Source of the DNA: Alphaproteobacteria bacterium
GTDB lineage: Bacteria > Pseudomonadota > Alphaproteobacteria > MPNO01 > UBA830
Assembly: GCA_964291215.2 (NCBI GenBank)
Contig: OZ219791.1
Coordinates: forward strand, 2,240,001 to 2,304,000
Direction: 5' to 3'
Length of the DNA: 64,000 nt
Shown: positions 55,098 to 64,000 of the stretch, piece after piece
Position numbering within the stretch: the stretch's first letter is position 1
Layout of the letters: the number at the start of each line of letters is the position of its first letter
The notes under the pieces: generated by a model
What the model was told of the DNA's origin: nothing
Seen by the model: only the letters and a program-made list of their open reading frames with translations
Database searches by the model: none
Translations under genes and position numbers: made by a program

Positions 55098-56317
55098 GAC
55101 TGCGCTACCGCCGCGGTTGTCCGCTCGACCGGCCTGTCGTCGATCGGAAAGTGAAGCAGCGCCGCGATGAGGCCGAGCGCGACCGCGGCCCACCATACGG
55201 CGTCGTAGCTGCCGGTCCGGACGAACAGGACACCGCCGAGCCAGACGCCGAAGAAACTGCCGACCTGATGGGAGAAGAACACGATCCCGGTCAGAGTCGC
55301 CATGTAGCGCAATCCGAAGATCCGTGCGACCAGACCCGAAGTCAGCGGCACCGTGGCCAGCCAGAGGAGGCCGATCACCGCGGAAAAGACGTAGGTGCCG
55401 ATCGTGGTGACGGGAATCAGGATGAACGCGATCAGGGCGAGCGAACGCAGGACATAGATCGAGCTCAGCAGGTACTTCGTGCGCAGCACGCCCCCGAGCG
55501 CGCCCCAGGCCAGCGTGCCGATGATGTTGGTCAGGCCGATGATGGAAAGCGCCGCTGCCCCGACCCAGGGATCCTGGCCGGCCTCGAGGAGGAACTTGGG
55601 CAGGTGCGTGCCGAGAAACAGGACCTGGAACCCGCAGACGAAGTAGGCCGTGGTCAGCAGCATGAAACCGCGATGGGCGAACGCTTCCCGGAACGCGTCC
55701 GCCAATCCCTGGCGCGGCGCGCCGCCCGCTTCCTGGGCTTCCTCGCCGCGCGGCTGCACCAGGCACCATGACAGGGGCACGATGATGGCCGTGATCAGGC
55801 CGAATGCGGCAACTGCGGCCGCCCATCCGTAGCCGTCGATGAAATACTGGCCGAGTGGCACCAATGCGAATTGTCCCGAGGATCCGGCCGCGCTGCCGAT
55901 GCCGAGGAAGAGGCTGCGGCGGCGCTGGTTGACGCGCTTGGTGACGGCAGCGAGAATGATCGGGAATCCGGTGGCGCTGAGTCCGAGCCCCAGCATGAGG
56001 CCGGAAGTCATGTACATTCCGACGGGCGTCTCAATCAGCGACAGGAGTCCGAGACCGCCGGCATAGAGTACGCCGCCGGCGGCCACCATCCGGGCGGTCC
56101 CGAAACGGTCGGCGAGAGCGGCCGTAATCGGCGTGGTCATGCCCCAGAGCACGGCCTGCAGCGCGATGGCGAACGAGAACTGGTCGGTCGTCCAGCCGAG
56201 ATCCGTCGTCATCGGCTCAAGCAGGATTCCGAAGATGTTCCGCGTGCCGAAGCTCACGAAGAGAATGATCGTGCCGCAGGTCAGCACGACCATGGGCGTG
56301 CGCCATGTGTTCTGCAT
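55094..56317 (-). CDS. MFS transporter (tandem paralog)
   Basis: LADRFG, AAGSSGQF, YFVCGF, WLATVPLT, HQVGSF. Confidence 0.9.
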   Translation of the reverse strand: MQNTWRTPMVVLTCGTIILFVSFGTRNIFGILLEPMTTDLGWTTDQFSFAIALQAVLWGMTTPITAALADRFGTARMVAAGGVLYAGGLGLLSLIETPVGMYMTSGLMLGLGLSATGFPIILAAVTKRVNQRRRSLFLGIGSAAGSSGQFALVPLGQYFIDGYGWAAAVAAFGLITAIIVPLSWCLVQPRGEEAQEAGGAPRQGLADAFREAFAHRGFMLLTTAYFVCGFQVLFLGTHLPKFLLEAGQDPWVGAAALSIIGLTNIIGTLAWGALGGVLRTKYLLSSIYVLRSLALIAFILIPVTTIGTYVFSAVIGLLWLATVPLTSGLVARIFGLRYMATLTGIVFFSHQVGSFFGVWLGGVLFVRTGSYDAVWWAAVALGLIAALLHFPIDDRPVERTTAAVAQS

Positions 56318-56725
56318 GATGGTACGGATTCGATTGCGGGGTCGGCCCAGTCTACAGCATGCGGTGCCCTAGCGCCATCATGGCGCGGTTCGGAAGCATG
56401 TTGATCCCACGCTGCCAATCCGGCGACGACTGGCGAGATTTCTCGGTCTGCGTCGCGCAGCGATCGTACGGCCAAGGCTCGATGGGGCCTTCTTGGCACG
56501 AAAAATTGCGATCAAGGAAGCGATCTGTGATGATGCGAGCTCCACCGCACTCGGATTTCGCGTCTCCGAATTGGCATGGGATCGGTGTGGGTACGGAGGC
56601 CGCGAAGCCGCGGCGCGGAGACAGGAACAGTGCTCCTGTCCTGACAGCCTTGGCGCTCTCCGTGCCGGCTTGCCGGATGCGGCAAGCCGATGGGGCCGGC
56701 ACGCCGCGGGCTGTACGGGTTGGCG

Positions 56726-58204
56726 TCAGCCCATCAGATGGCCAAATTTCTCGCGCGCCTCGCGCCGGACCTCTGGCTCCGGCGCGTTGACCGGGGCGTA
56801 GTCGTCCTTCCAGTGGAACGGCTTGCAGGCGTTGATGATGGCGCGGCTGTTGGTGACGTTGCCGCGCGCCTTTTCCTCGGGGTCGACGCGGGGATCGGCG
56901 GGAGACGTCCAGGTGCCCCTTGCGATGTGGATCGATGTCGCCGGGTCGCAGCGCGTGCACATCGCCCAGATCAACTCCTCGAGGTTTGACACGTCGATAT
57001 CGTCATCGACGACGACGACGAAGCGGTTGGCGTAATTCGCGGCCCGGCACTGCGCCGCGATCTGGCCGGCTTGCGTCGAATGGCCCGGATAGCGCTGGCG
57101 GATCGCGACGCCGTGGAACAGCCGCGACGCCCCGACTTCGTGGCACCATACTCCGGTGACGTCCGGCACTCCGGCATCGGCGAGATTCTGCTTCAGCATT
57201 GCGGACCGGAGCACGGCGCGGTACCGCGCCATCTCGTCCGATCCCTGGCCCATCGGCGGCACGCCGAGGATGATCGGGTCGTTCCGATGGTAGACGGTCT
57301 CAACCTCAAGCACCGGTTCCGGGTGCTCGCCGCTGGCGTAGTAGCCGGTCCATTCGCCGAACGGTCCCTCGTTTAGCGTCTTGCCCTCGTAGAGATGTCC
57401 TTCGAGGACGATCTCCGCATTGGCGGGAAACGGCAGGCCGGTAATCCGGCCCTCGACGCATTCGACGGCCTTGTCGCGGATGCCGCCGACGATATCGAGT
57501 TCGCAGACGCCGTACGGCGCTTCCGCTCCACCGTTGAAGAACGCTACCGGGTCGCCGCCGATCACCATCGCGACCGGGCAGGGCTCGCCCCGCGCCCAGT
57601 ACTTGTTGCGATGGATGTGCCCGTGCTTGCCGGTGACCATCAGGCACCCGACGGACTTGCTGTCGTGGACCATCGCCCGGTATGAGCCGCAATTGAGCCA
57701 GCCCTCATCGGGATCACGCGTCACCGTGTAGGTACCTGTGCCGATATAGCGCCCGCCGTCGCCCGGATGCCACATCGGTGTCGGGAACTTCAGGAGATCG
57801 ATGTCGTCGCCGGTGAGAATGTTCTCGCATACCGGGCCATCGTCGATGATGACATGGGGAATCGTCTTGCGTTCGCGCACGAACGACTCGAAGCAGGCGT
57901 CCGACAACTCCTGTTTCGTCAGGTGATCGGGAAAACCGAGCGTCATGTTGCGGCGCACGCCGCCGAAGACATTGATCAGCACGCGAAACCCCTCGGGACA
58001 GTCGGGCACCTCGTCGAACAGTACCGCCGGCCCGCTTTCCTCACGGATCACGACTTCGGCGGCAAGACCGATGTCCTTTTCCCAAGAGGCGCCGTTGACG
58101 CGCCTGAGTTCGCCGAGCCGTTCGGCTTCGACAATCCATTCGCGCAAATCCTCATAGGAAAATCGCTGCACGACGTTTGATCCGGCCTCGCTGATGGCAT
58201 CCAT
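56726..58204 (-). CDS. UbiD-family (de)carboxylase
   Basis: DLREWI, DGGRYIGT, NCGSYR, AEIVLEG, EGPFGEWTGYY, VVVVDDDID. Confidence 0.92.
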   Translation of the reverse strand: MDAISEAGSNVVQRFSYEDLREWIVEAERLGELRRVNGASWEKDIGLAAEVVIREESGPAVLFDEVPDCPEGFRVLINVFGGVRRNMTLGFPDHLTKQELSDACFESFVRERKTIPHVIIDDGPVCENILTGDDIDLLKFPTPMWHPGDGGRYIGTGTYTVTRDPDEGWLNCGSYRAMVHDSKSVGCLMVTGKHGHIHRNKYWARGEPCPVAMVIGGDPVAFFNGGAEAPYGVCELDIVGGIRDKAVECVEGRITGLPFPANAEIVLEGHLYEGKTLNEGPFGEWTGYYASGEHPEPVLEVETVYHRNDPIILGVPPMGQGSDEMARYRAVLRSAMLKQNLADAGVPDVTGVWCHEVGASRLFHGVAIRQRYPGHSTQAGQIAAQCRAANYANRFVVVVDDDIDVSNLEELIWAMCTRCDPATSIHIARGTWTSPADPRVDPEEKARGNVTNSRAIINACKPFHWKDDYAPVNAPEPEVRREAREKFGHLMG

Positions 58205-58257
58205 GATCATTCCTCCGCCAGTTCCGGGTCCGGGCTTTCGCCGGGATCCGGCGCCGA

Positions 58258-59265
58258 TCAATCGAGTTTCAGGAAATTCCGCGTATTGTTCTCATAGATG
58301 TCCCGGCGCGTGCCGTCGTCGAGATCGACGCTTTCGAGGCATCTGAGGGTTTCACGGATATAGAGCGGGCCGCCTTCGGGATCAAACGGGCAGTCGGAGG
58401 CGAACATGCAGCGTTCGGGCCCGAAGAAATCGAGGCCGCAGCGCATGGCGCCCAGCGAACCGAAAGTCGCGGTGTCGGCATAGAACATCCGGAAATAGTC
58501 GATCGGGCGTTTCTTCAGGCTCTCGCGGAGCCTTGTCAGCTCGTCGCCCGGAGTGCGCGCGCCGAGCTGATCCTGGCCGTAGCCGACCCGGCCCTCGACA
58601 TAGGGGATCATGGCCCCGAGGTGATGGGTCAGGATCTTGATGTCCGGCAGCTTGTCGAACAGTCCTGAGAACACCAGGCGGGCCATTGCGGCCGAGCTTT
58701 CGTAGGTCCAGCCGAAGGTCCACCAGATCTCGAACTCGGACTTGTCCTCGGTGAGATAGTCGGGAAAATTCGGTCCGCGTGCGGGATGCAGGAACAGCGG
58801 GACATCGCGCTTCGCTGCGGTTTCGAACACCGGATAGTATTTCGGAAGGTCGAGCGGTTCGCCATTGACGTTGGTGAAGATCTGCATGGCGCGGGCGCCG
58901 AGTTCGCCACTGGTGCGTTCGATTTCTCGTACCGCCTCCTCGGGATTGTTCATGGGGAGCGACGCCACAAAGGCAGGAAACCTGTCGGGATGGGTCCGGC
59001 AGATGTCCGCCATGCCGTCATTGGCGAGTCGCGCCAGCGCCGGTGTTTCGTCCGGCGTTCCCAGAAACTCGATGGTCGGCGCCGACAGGCTGATGACCTG
59101 GCGGTAATCGTCGCCGAACTCCTCCATCATCTTCATACGGGCGTTCATGTCGTAGAGCACCGGAACGTTCAGCCAGCGCTTGATCGGGCCGGTGTCGGGG
59201 AGCACCTCCTGCATCCGTTCGAAAAACGGAATGGGGAACACGTGATTGAAGATGTCGAGCTTCAA
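58258..59265 (-). CDS. Amidohydrolase-2 family protein
   Basis: TTG start LKLDIFNH, FLHP, FGWTYES, HHLGAM, FASDCPFD. Confidence 0.87.
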   Translation of the reverse strand: MKLDIFNHVFPIPFFERMQEVLPDTGPIKRWLNVPVLYDMNARMKMMEEFGDDYRQVISLSAPTIEFLGTPDETPALARLANDGMADICRTHPDRFPAFVASLPMNNPEEAVREIERTSGELGARAMQIFTNVNGEPLDLPKYYPVFETAAKRDVPLFLHPARGPNFPDYLTEDKSEFEIWWTFGWTYESSAAMARLVFSGLFDKLPDIKILTHHLGAMIPYVEGRVGYGQDQLGARTPGDELTRLRESLKKRPIDYFRMFYADTATFGSLGAMRCGLDFFGPERCMFASDCPFDPEGGPLYIRETLRCLESVDLDDGTRRDIYENNTRNFLKLD

Positions 59266-59398
59266 GGGGCCACCCTCCTGTCGCGTCTGAAACCGCCGAG
59301 CGGCGGATTTTAGGTTCCTTGCGCTTCTTCGCAAGCCGCCCGCGACCGCGCGCTCCCGTCACTCCTTGCCGCTGGCAATCGCCGTGACTCGCGGCGGA

Positions 59399-59578
59399 TC
59401 ACGAATTTCTGACAATCTCGCGGGCGTGATCAGGCAGGAAAAAGTTTGCGCATTCCGGGCAGACCAGAGGGACAGTTTCCAGTTCCAGCAAATCTGACGA
59501 GACATGAAACCACCAGGCGCAGTCCGGGCACTGTATCCAGTTGCTGTTGCCGGTCTTCTCGAAGCCGCGTTCCGCCAT
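59399..59578 (-). CDS. Small Zn-ribbon-like protein (59 aa)
   Basis: CPDC..CPEC; ATG overlaps the upstream UbiD stop (TGATG). Confidence 0.65.
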   Translation of the reverse strand: MAERGFEKTGNSNWIQCPDCAWWFHVSSDLLELETVPLVCPECANFFLPDHAREIVRNS

Positions 59579-60990
59579 CAGTCCGGCCATCCTGCCGTGT
59601 CGACGCCATCGAGGGCTGCCCGCGCGGCGGCAAGTGCTTCGTCCGAGACCCGGTTGCGCGGGGCTACGGGCCGGGGCTCTCCCGGGCGTCGTGCCGGTGG
59701 CAGCGTGGCGTCGATCGCGGCCTTGGTGATCGTGGAGGCGGCGGCCGGCGCCGAGGGATCGAGCGGGGCCAGCGTGAGGCCGTCGAAGCGCATCACGTCG
59801 CGATGCCATTGCACGCGGGTGGCGACCGCCCACATGGCCTCGCGATCGTCGAAGATGTTTATGTCCTCGTCGAAGGCGAAGACCGCCTTGAGACGTCGAA
59901 ACGCGATTGCGGCCGACATCGCGTCGCGAACCTCACCCGGGCGCGGGTTCCGGAACTGCAGGTAGGCGTGGAATCTCCGCCCCGAGACCGGGACATGCAC
60001 GTTGACCAGCGACGGCGCCACCGCACGGACCATGGAGTAGACATGGGCCTCCATGGCGAGGTTGTCGGGCACCAGATGATCGGCAAGTCCTGATCCGCAA
60101 TCGTGATATATGGCATCGGCCCGTCGCGTCATGCAGGCGACCTCGATAACCGGGTTCGGCATCTGTGGACCCTGGTAGCCCGAGAACTCCGCGAACGGCC
60201 CCTCTGCCTCCATCCGTCCGGCGGGCAGGAAACCCTCTATCACGATCTCTGCGTCGGCTGGAACCATGATCTGTTTGCCGTGGGTCAGCGAGGGGACCAG
60301 CCTGAGCGCCGTGCCGAGTGCGCCACCGGCCACGCCCCAGTGGCTTTCGGGATAAGCGAGCTTGGCCTGTGCCCCCATCTCGACAGCCGGATGGTGGCCG
60401 ATCCATACCGCCACCGGGCAGGGTTCGCCGCGCGCCCAGAATTTCTTGAGGTTGATCATGTTGTGGGACGTTTCCAGCATGTAGCAGCCCATGAGCCGCG
60501 GACCGCGCACCCACAGTCGCTGGATTCCGATATTGTCGATGCCGCTTTCGGGGTCCACGGTCACGACGTGTCCGCAGGTAACGTAGTGCCCCACATCGCC
60601 CTGGTGCTGGCGGAGCGCCGGCAGCGAAAGGAGGTCGGTATCGTTGTCTGCAAGGACCACTTCGCGGACCGGCGCCTGTTCCGGTTCGATTACTGCCGGC
60701 GCGATCGTGTTGGCGGTGAGCGTCGCAAGCGCGGTGGCTGCCTGGCGGTGATCGTCGATGCCGAGCGCCCGTGCCGAGAGCGTGCGGCTCGCGAACAGAT
60801 TGGTCAACACCGGAATACCGCCAGCGCTGCCGTCGATCAGGCGCGGCGTTTGCACGAGAATCGCCGGATGCGCGTTCCGCGCAGCGAGCTCGTGCTGCAG
60901 GGCGGTGATTTCCTGTATGACCGAGAGCGGCCCCTCGGGCCGAAATATCGCGTTGTCGATCTCGTTGAGATAGGTCCTGAGATCAGTCAT
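59578..60990 (-). CDS. UbiD-family (de)carboxylase
   Basis: MTDLRTYL, NIGIQR, VPADAEIVIEG, EGPFAEFSGY, DEDINI..WAVATR. Confidence 0.9.
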   Translation of the reverse strand: MTDLRTYLNEIDNAIFRPEGPLSVIQEITALQHELAARNAHPAILVQTPRLIDGSAGGIPVLTNLFASRTLSARALGIDDHRQAATALATLTANTIAPAVIEPEQAPVREVVLADNDTDLLSLPALRQHQGDVGHYVTCGHVVTVDPESGIDNIGIQRLWVRGPRLMGCYMLETSHNMINLKKFWARGEPCPVAVWIGHHPAVEMGAQAKLAYPESHWGVAGGALGTALRLVPSLTHGKQIMVPADAEIVIEGFLPAGRMEAEGPFAEFSGYQGPQMPNPVIEVACMTRRADAIYHDCGSGLADHLVPDNLAMEAHVYSMVRAVAPSLVNVHVPVSGRRFHAYLQFRNPRPGEVRDAMSAAIAFRRLKAVFAFDEDINIFDDREAMWAVATRVQWHRDVMRFDGLTLAPLDPSAPAAASTITKAAIDATLPPARRPGEPRPVAPRNRVSDEALAAARAALDGVDTAGWPD

Positions 60991-61824
60991 CTAGAGCGCG
61001 TGCTGACGTTCCGCTTCGGAACGCGTCTCCGGATCGGTATATCGGGCCAGGAACGCGTTGTAGTAGTCGAGGCATTCGGGATCAAGATCCCGTTTGGGCC
61101 GTGGTTCGGGCTTCCAGTGGCCATGGCGGTCTTCGCCCCGTACCAGCAGTGCCGTGTCCATGTTGGCGAGTGTCGGTCGGACATGGGGCGGACAGAAGAC
61201 GAACAGGATGCCGATGCGGCGGCGGTCGGACCGGTTGGGCTCTGAGGAATGGGCAAGGCGGAAGTGGTGGATTGTGCACTCGCCCGGCTCGAGTTCCACA
61301 TTCACCGCATCCGAATCATCGATGCCGATGATGCGCTGGCCCCGCGACAGCATGTTCTCCGCATCCCAGGTCTCTTCGTGGGGCAGTTCGGGCTTGGTAT
61401 GGGAGCCGGGGAGGTATCGCAGGCAGCCATTGTTGGCATTGCTGTCGGTGAGCGCGATCCACGCGCCCCATACCTCCAGCGGGTCGTACCCGAAATACGC
61501 CGAATCCTGGTGCCAGGTGACGAGCCGGGGGTCGCGGGCGTGCTTGGCCCAGATGGCCGATGTCGTCATCAGGATGTTCTGGCCAATGAGGTCCTCAATG
61601 GCATCCAGAAGGGCGGGAGTGGTGCCGAGTTCGAACAGCCAGCGAAACAGGAGATGCGGCTTGACCGAGAGTGTTTCCGGCACGTCCCGGCCTTGGCGGG
61701 CTTCCGTCTCTTCGTAGACGCGGCGATAGGATTCGGCCTGATCGGGAGTCATGATCCGCAACGGGAAGATGGAACCGTCCCGCCGGGCGCGCTCGAGGTC
61801 GGATTGGCTGAGCTTTCCGGACAT
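60991..61824 (-). CDS. PhyH-family Fe(II)/2-oxoglutarate dioxygenase
   Basis: WHQD, WIALTD, NGCLRYLPGSH, HSSEPNRSDRRRIG. Confidence 0.9.
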   Translation of the reverse strand: MSGKLSQSDLERARRDGSIFPLRIMTPDQAESYRRVYEETEARQGRDVPETLSVKPHLLFRWLFELGTTPALLDAIEDLIGQNILMTTSAIWAKHARDPRLVTWHQDSAYFGYDPLEVWGAWIALTDSNANNGCLRYLPGSHTKPELPHEETWDAENMLSRGQRIIGIDDSDAVNVELEPGECTIHHFRLAHSSEPNRSDRRRIGILFVFCPPHVRPTLANMDTALLVRGEDRHGHWKPEPRPKRDLDPECLDYYNAFLARYTDPETRSEAERQHAL

Positions 61825-61979
61825 CGGCCCGTCCTTCCTGTACCGCAGACCGCCATGGACGATGGCGGACAAACCGCGGCTGCCGGCGATCATGGCCGCG
61901 GCGCCCGGATCCGGCGGCTCGCCGCAGCCGTCTGCATGCGCGGCCCGCCGTCCGGCCGCGCATGCAGGAGCGATATCCT

Positions 61980-63073
61980 AGCGTTTTGTCCCGCAAATAC
62001 GCGCAGATAACCTTTCAAGCTTGTCGAGGATCGAATCTGCGGTTGCGACCCATACGAAAGGGGATTTATTGTGGTGTGTGATGAAGTGTTCAATCGTCCT
62101 GATGAGTTGAGGAACACTGTCGAACGACCCGCGCTTGTTGGCTGATGAGACCGAACCAGCGTTCCACCTGATTGAGCCAGGAGGTGGGTGTGAAGTGGAG
62201 ATGGTAACGCGGTCGTTTGGCGAACCAAGCCCGGACCTTGGGATGCTTGTGCGTGGCGTAGTTGTCCAGGACAAGATGGATATCGAGTTCGGCTCACGGT
62301 CAATCAGCCGCAGGAAGGTGAGAAACTCCTAGTGTCGATGTCGCTTGGAGCATCGTCCGATCACCTTGCCCGTCGCCATGTCCAGAGCAGCAAACAATGT
62401 CGTGGTTCCGTAGTCATGAGTATAGCCTTCGACATAGCCCATGGGCAATGTGGGCTGGGTCCGATCGAGCGCCTGGATCTGGCTCTTCTCGTCCACGCAC
62501 AAGACCACTGCATGGTCTGGAGGATTGAGGTACAGGATATCCCGAACCTTCTCGACGAAAAACGGATCGCTGGAGAGCTTGAAGGTGTCGCTCAAGTGTG
62601 GCTTGATCCCGAACAGGGCAAACCAGCGCTGCACGGTACTTTTCGACACGGCTTCGGCCATCCGTCGCACACTCCAGGCACCCGCATGGTCAGGCTTTTG
62701 CTGCAGGGCCCGGTTGATCAGCTTCGCGACCTTGTCATCACCATAGGTGCGGGGTCGTCCCGGGCGCAATTCGTCATGCAGCCCCTCAAGACCACGCTCC
62801 AGGAATCGTCGCCGCCATTTGCCCACTGCCGACAGCGAAACGTTGAGCTGCCACCGCCGAATTGGTCTGTCCCCGGGCGCAGTCCAGCACGATGCGTGCA
62901 CGCTGGACCAGGGCGTGGGGCATTGAGGTGGAGCGGGAGAGAGCGGTCAAGTATTCATGTTGCTCATCGGTGGGCACCAGAGGGGGAAGTTGGCGGCCGC
63001 GGGGCATCTCGAAAGGTCTCCTGTTACGAGCGAGACCGAGAATATATCACACTTATTTGCGGGACGCTACACT
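61980..63073 (-). mobile_element. Degenerate IS630-family element
   Basis: [33 protein letters not shown]; IRs gtcccgcaaata at both ends; CTAG flanks. Confidence 0.88.
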
Positions 63074-63892
63074 AGGTTCTGTACCCAAATGTTGACATTT
63101 TTGCACGATCTGCCATATCTTGTCGAAAGCGATTCACAAGGAGAATGAGGAATGAGCGGCGACCGACACGACATGAGCGACGCGGAATGGGAAGTTCTCC
63201 GCTCGGTGCTTCCTGACAAGCACCAAGGCCCGGAGCGGGTGCATGACCGGAGGAACGGGATATTCTTCGTGCTTCGCACCGGTACGCCGTGGCGCGACCT
63301 GCGCTACGGTCCGTCTGCTTCAACCGCTTCAACCGGTGGAGCAAGAACGGCACTTGGGCATGGAGAAGCTTCAAAGGCTTACGAGCGGTGATGACGGGAG
63401 CGACGATGGCCCGCCGGTTCATCTGCGCATGGTGAACTCCTCGTCGGTGCGCGTTCACAAGCTGGGGTGTCCCGGGACGACGAGCCTTCGCAAATCGGGC
63501 CGTGGCGGACGAACGACGAAGATCCATCTTGGCGAGAACGAAAGGGTGAAGACCGTGTTCCTGACCCCGGGTCAAGCAGCCGACTGCGCGCAGGCGCTTC
63601 TCGCCGACCTCGGGCGAGACGGTGGTCGGCGACAAGGCCTACGACACCGACGCCATCTGATCGAGACGGCAGGAGCAACCGCGGTCATGAAATCCAACCG
63701 GACATCGCCCCGGCCGCTTGACCGCGAGATCTACAGGATGCGCAACCTGGTCGAGCGGTTCTTCGGTAAGATCAAGGAGTTCCGACGGGTCGCCACCCGT
63801 TATGACAAGGAACTTCCTCTCCGCCGTGCAACTGGCTGCCAGCCGATTCTTGCTCCGCAGAATCGCAAACCAATTATTTGAGTCCACAACCT
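63074..63892 (+). mobile_element. Degenerate IS5-family element
   Basis: DMSDAEW, LRTGTPWRDL, SGRGGRTTKIH, GDKAYD, YRMRNLVERFFGKIKEFRRVATRYDK; IRs ggttctgtacccaaat / atttgagtccacaacc. Confidence 0.85.
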
Positions 63893-64000
63893 AGTGTTAT
63901 GTCAGCAATGATATGTCGTACATTTGGTGCTAGACTGTCCGTCCATTCGGGATGGAGGTCGGAGTATGAAACGCTACGTGGTGACCCTGGACGAGGCGGA
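63893..64000 (+). mobile_element. Start of a further IS630-like element (truncated by window edge)
   Basis: Begins at CTAG; RBS plus MKRYVVTLDEA from 63966. Confidence 0.6.

Noticed and set aside
56320-56725. Intergenic gap as an sRNA or small gene
   Set aside because: No motif, structure or convincing ORF seen by eye
56726-60990. Phenylphosphate carboxylase call for the two UbiDs
   Set aside because: No phenylphosphate synthase or phosphatase subunit in the window; cannot assign without phylogeny

Overview
High-GC alphaproteobacterial-type chromosomal window (taxonomy inferred from gene content). Intact host genes include a Liv-type ABC transporter, metY, a GMC oxidoreductase, degP/rpoH-like genes, hemB, a penicillin acylase-family enzyme, mtnA with a class II aldolase, two TRAP systems, NAD-glutamate dehydrogenase, 4-hydroxybenzoyl-CoA reductase (hcrCAB), and a cluster with two UbiD genes, a small Zn-ribbon protein, an amidohydrolase and a PhyH dioxygenase. 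These are interleaved with about a dozen decayed mobile elements: ISAs1, IS4, IS66, IS110, ISKra4, IS630 and IS5 families, a group II intron, an integrase fragment and a dead toxin-antitoxin pair. Highlights: (1) unrelated IS families carry putative DNA-modification cargo, namely a DUF4338/DruA-like domain in ISAs1-, IS4- and IS66-type elements and a Dam/D12-like methyltransferase gene translationally coupled to an IS66 transposase; (2) nested insertions can be ordered from intact target-site duplications (TSDs); (3) unselected DNA is eroded by short deletions bounded by microhomologies; (4) a structured IS110 leader is a bridge-RNA candidate; (5) the dual-UbiD cluster is uncharacterised. No rRNA, tRNA or CRISPR array was seen. 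All family calls come from motif recognition by eye; no database searches were run.
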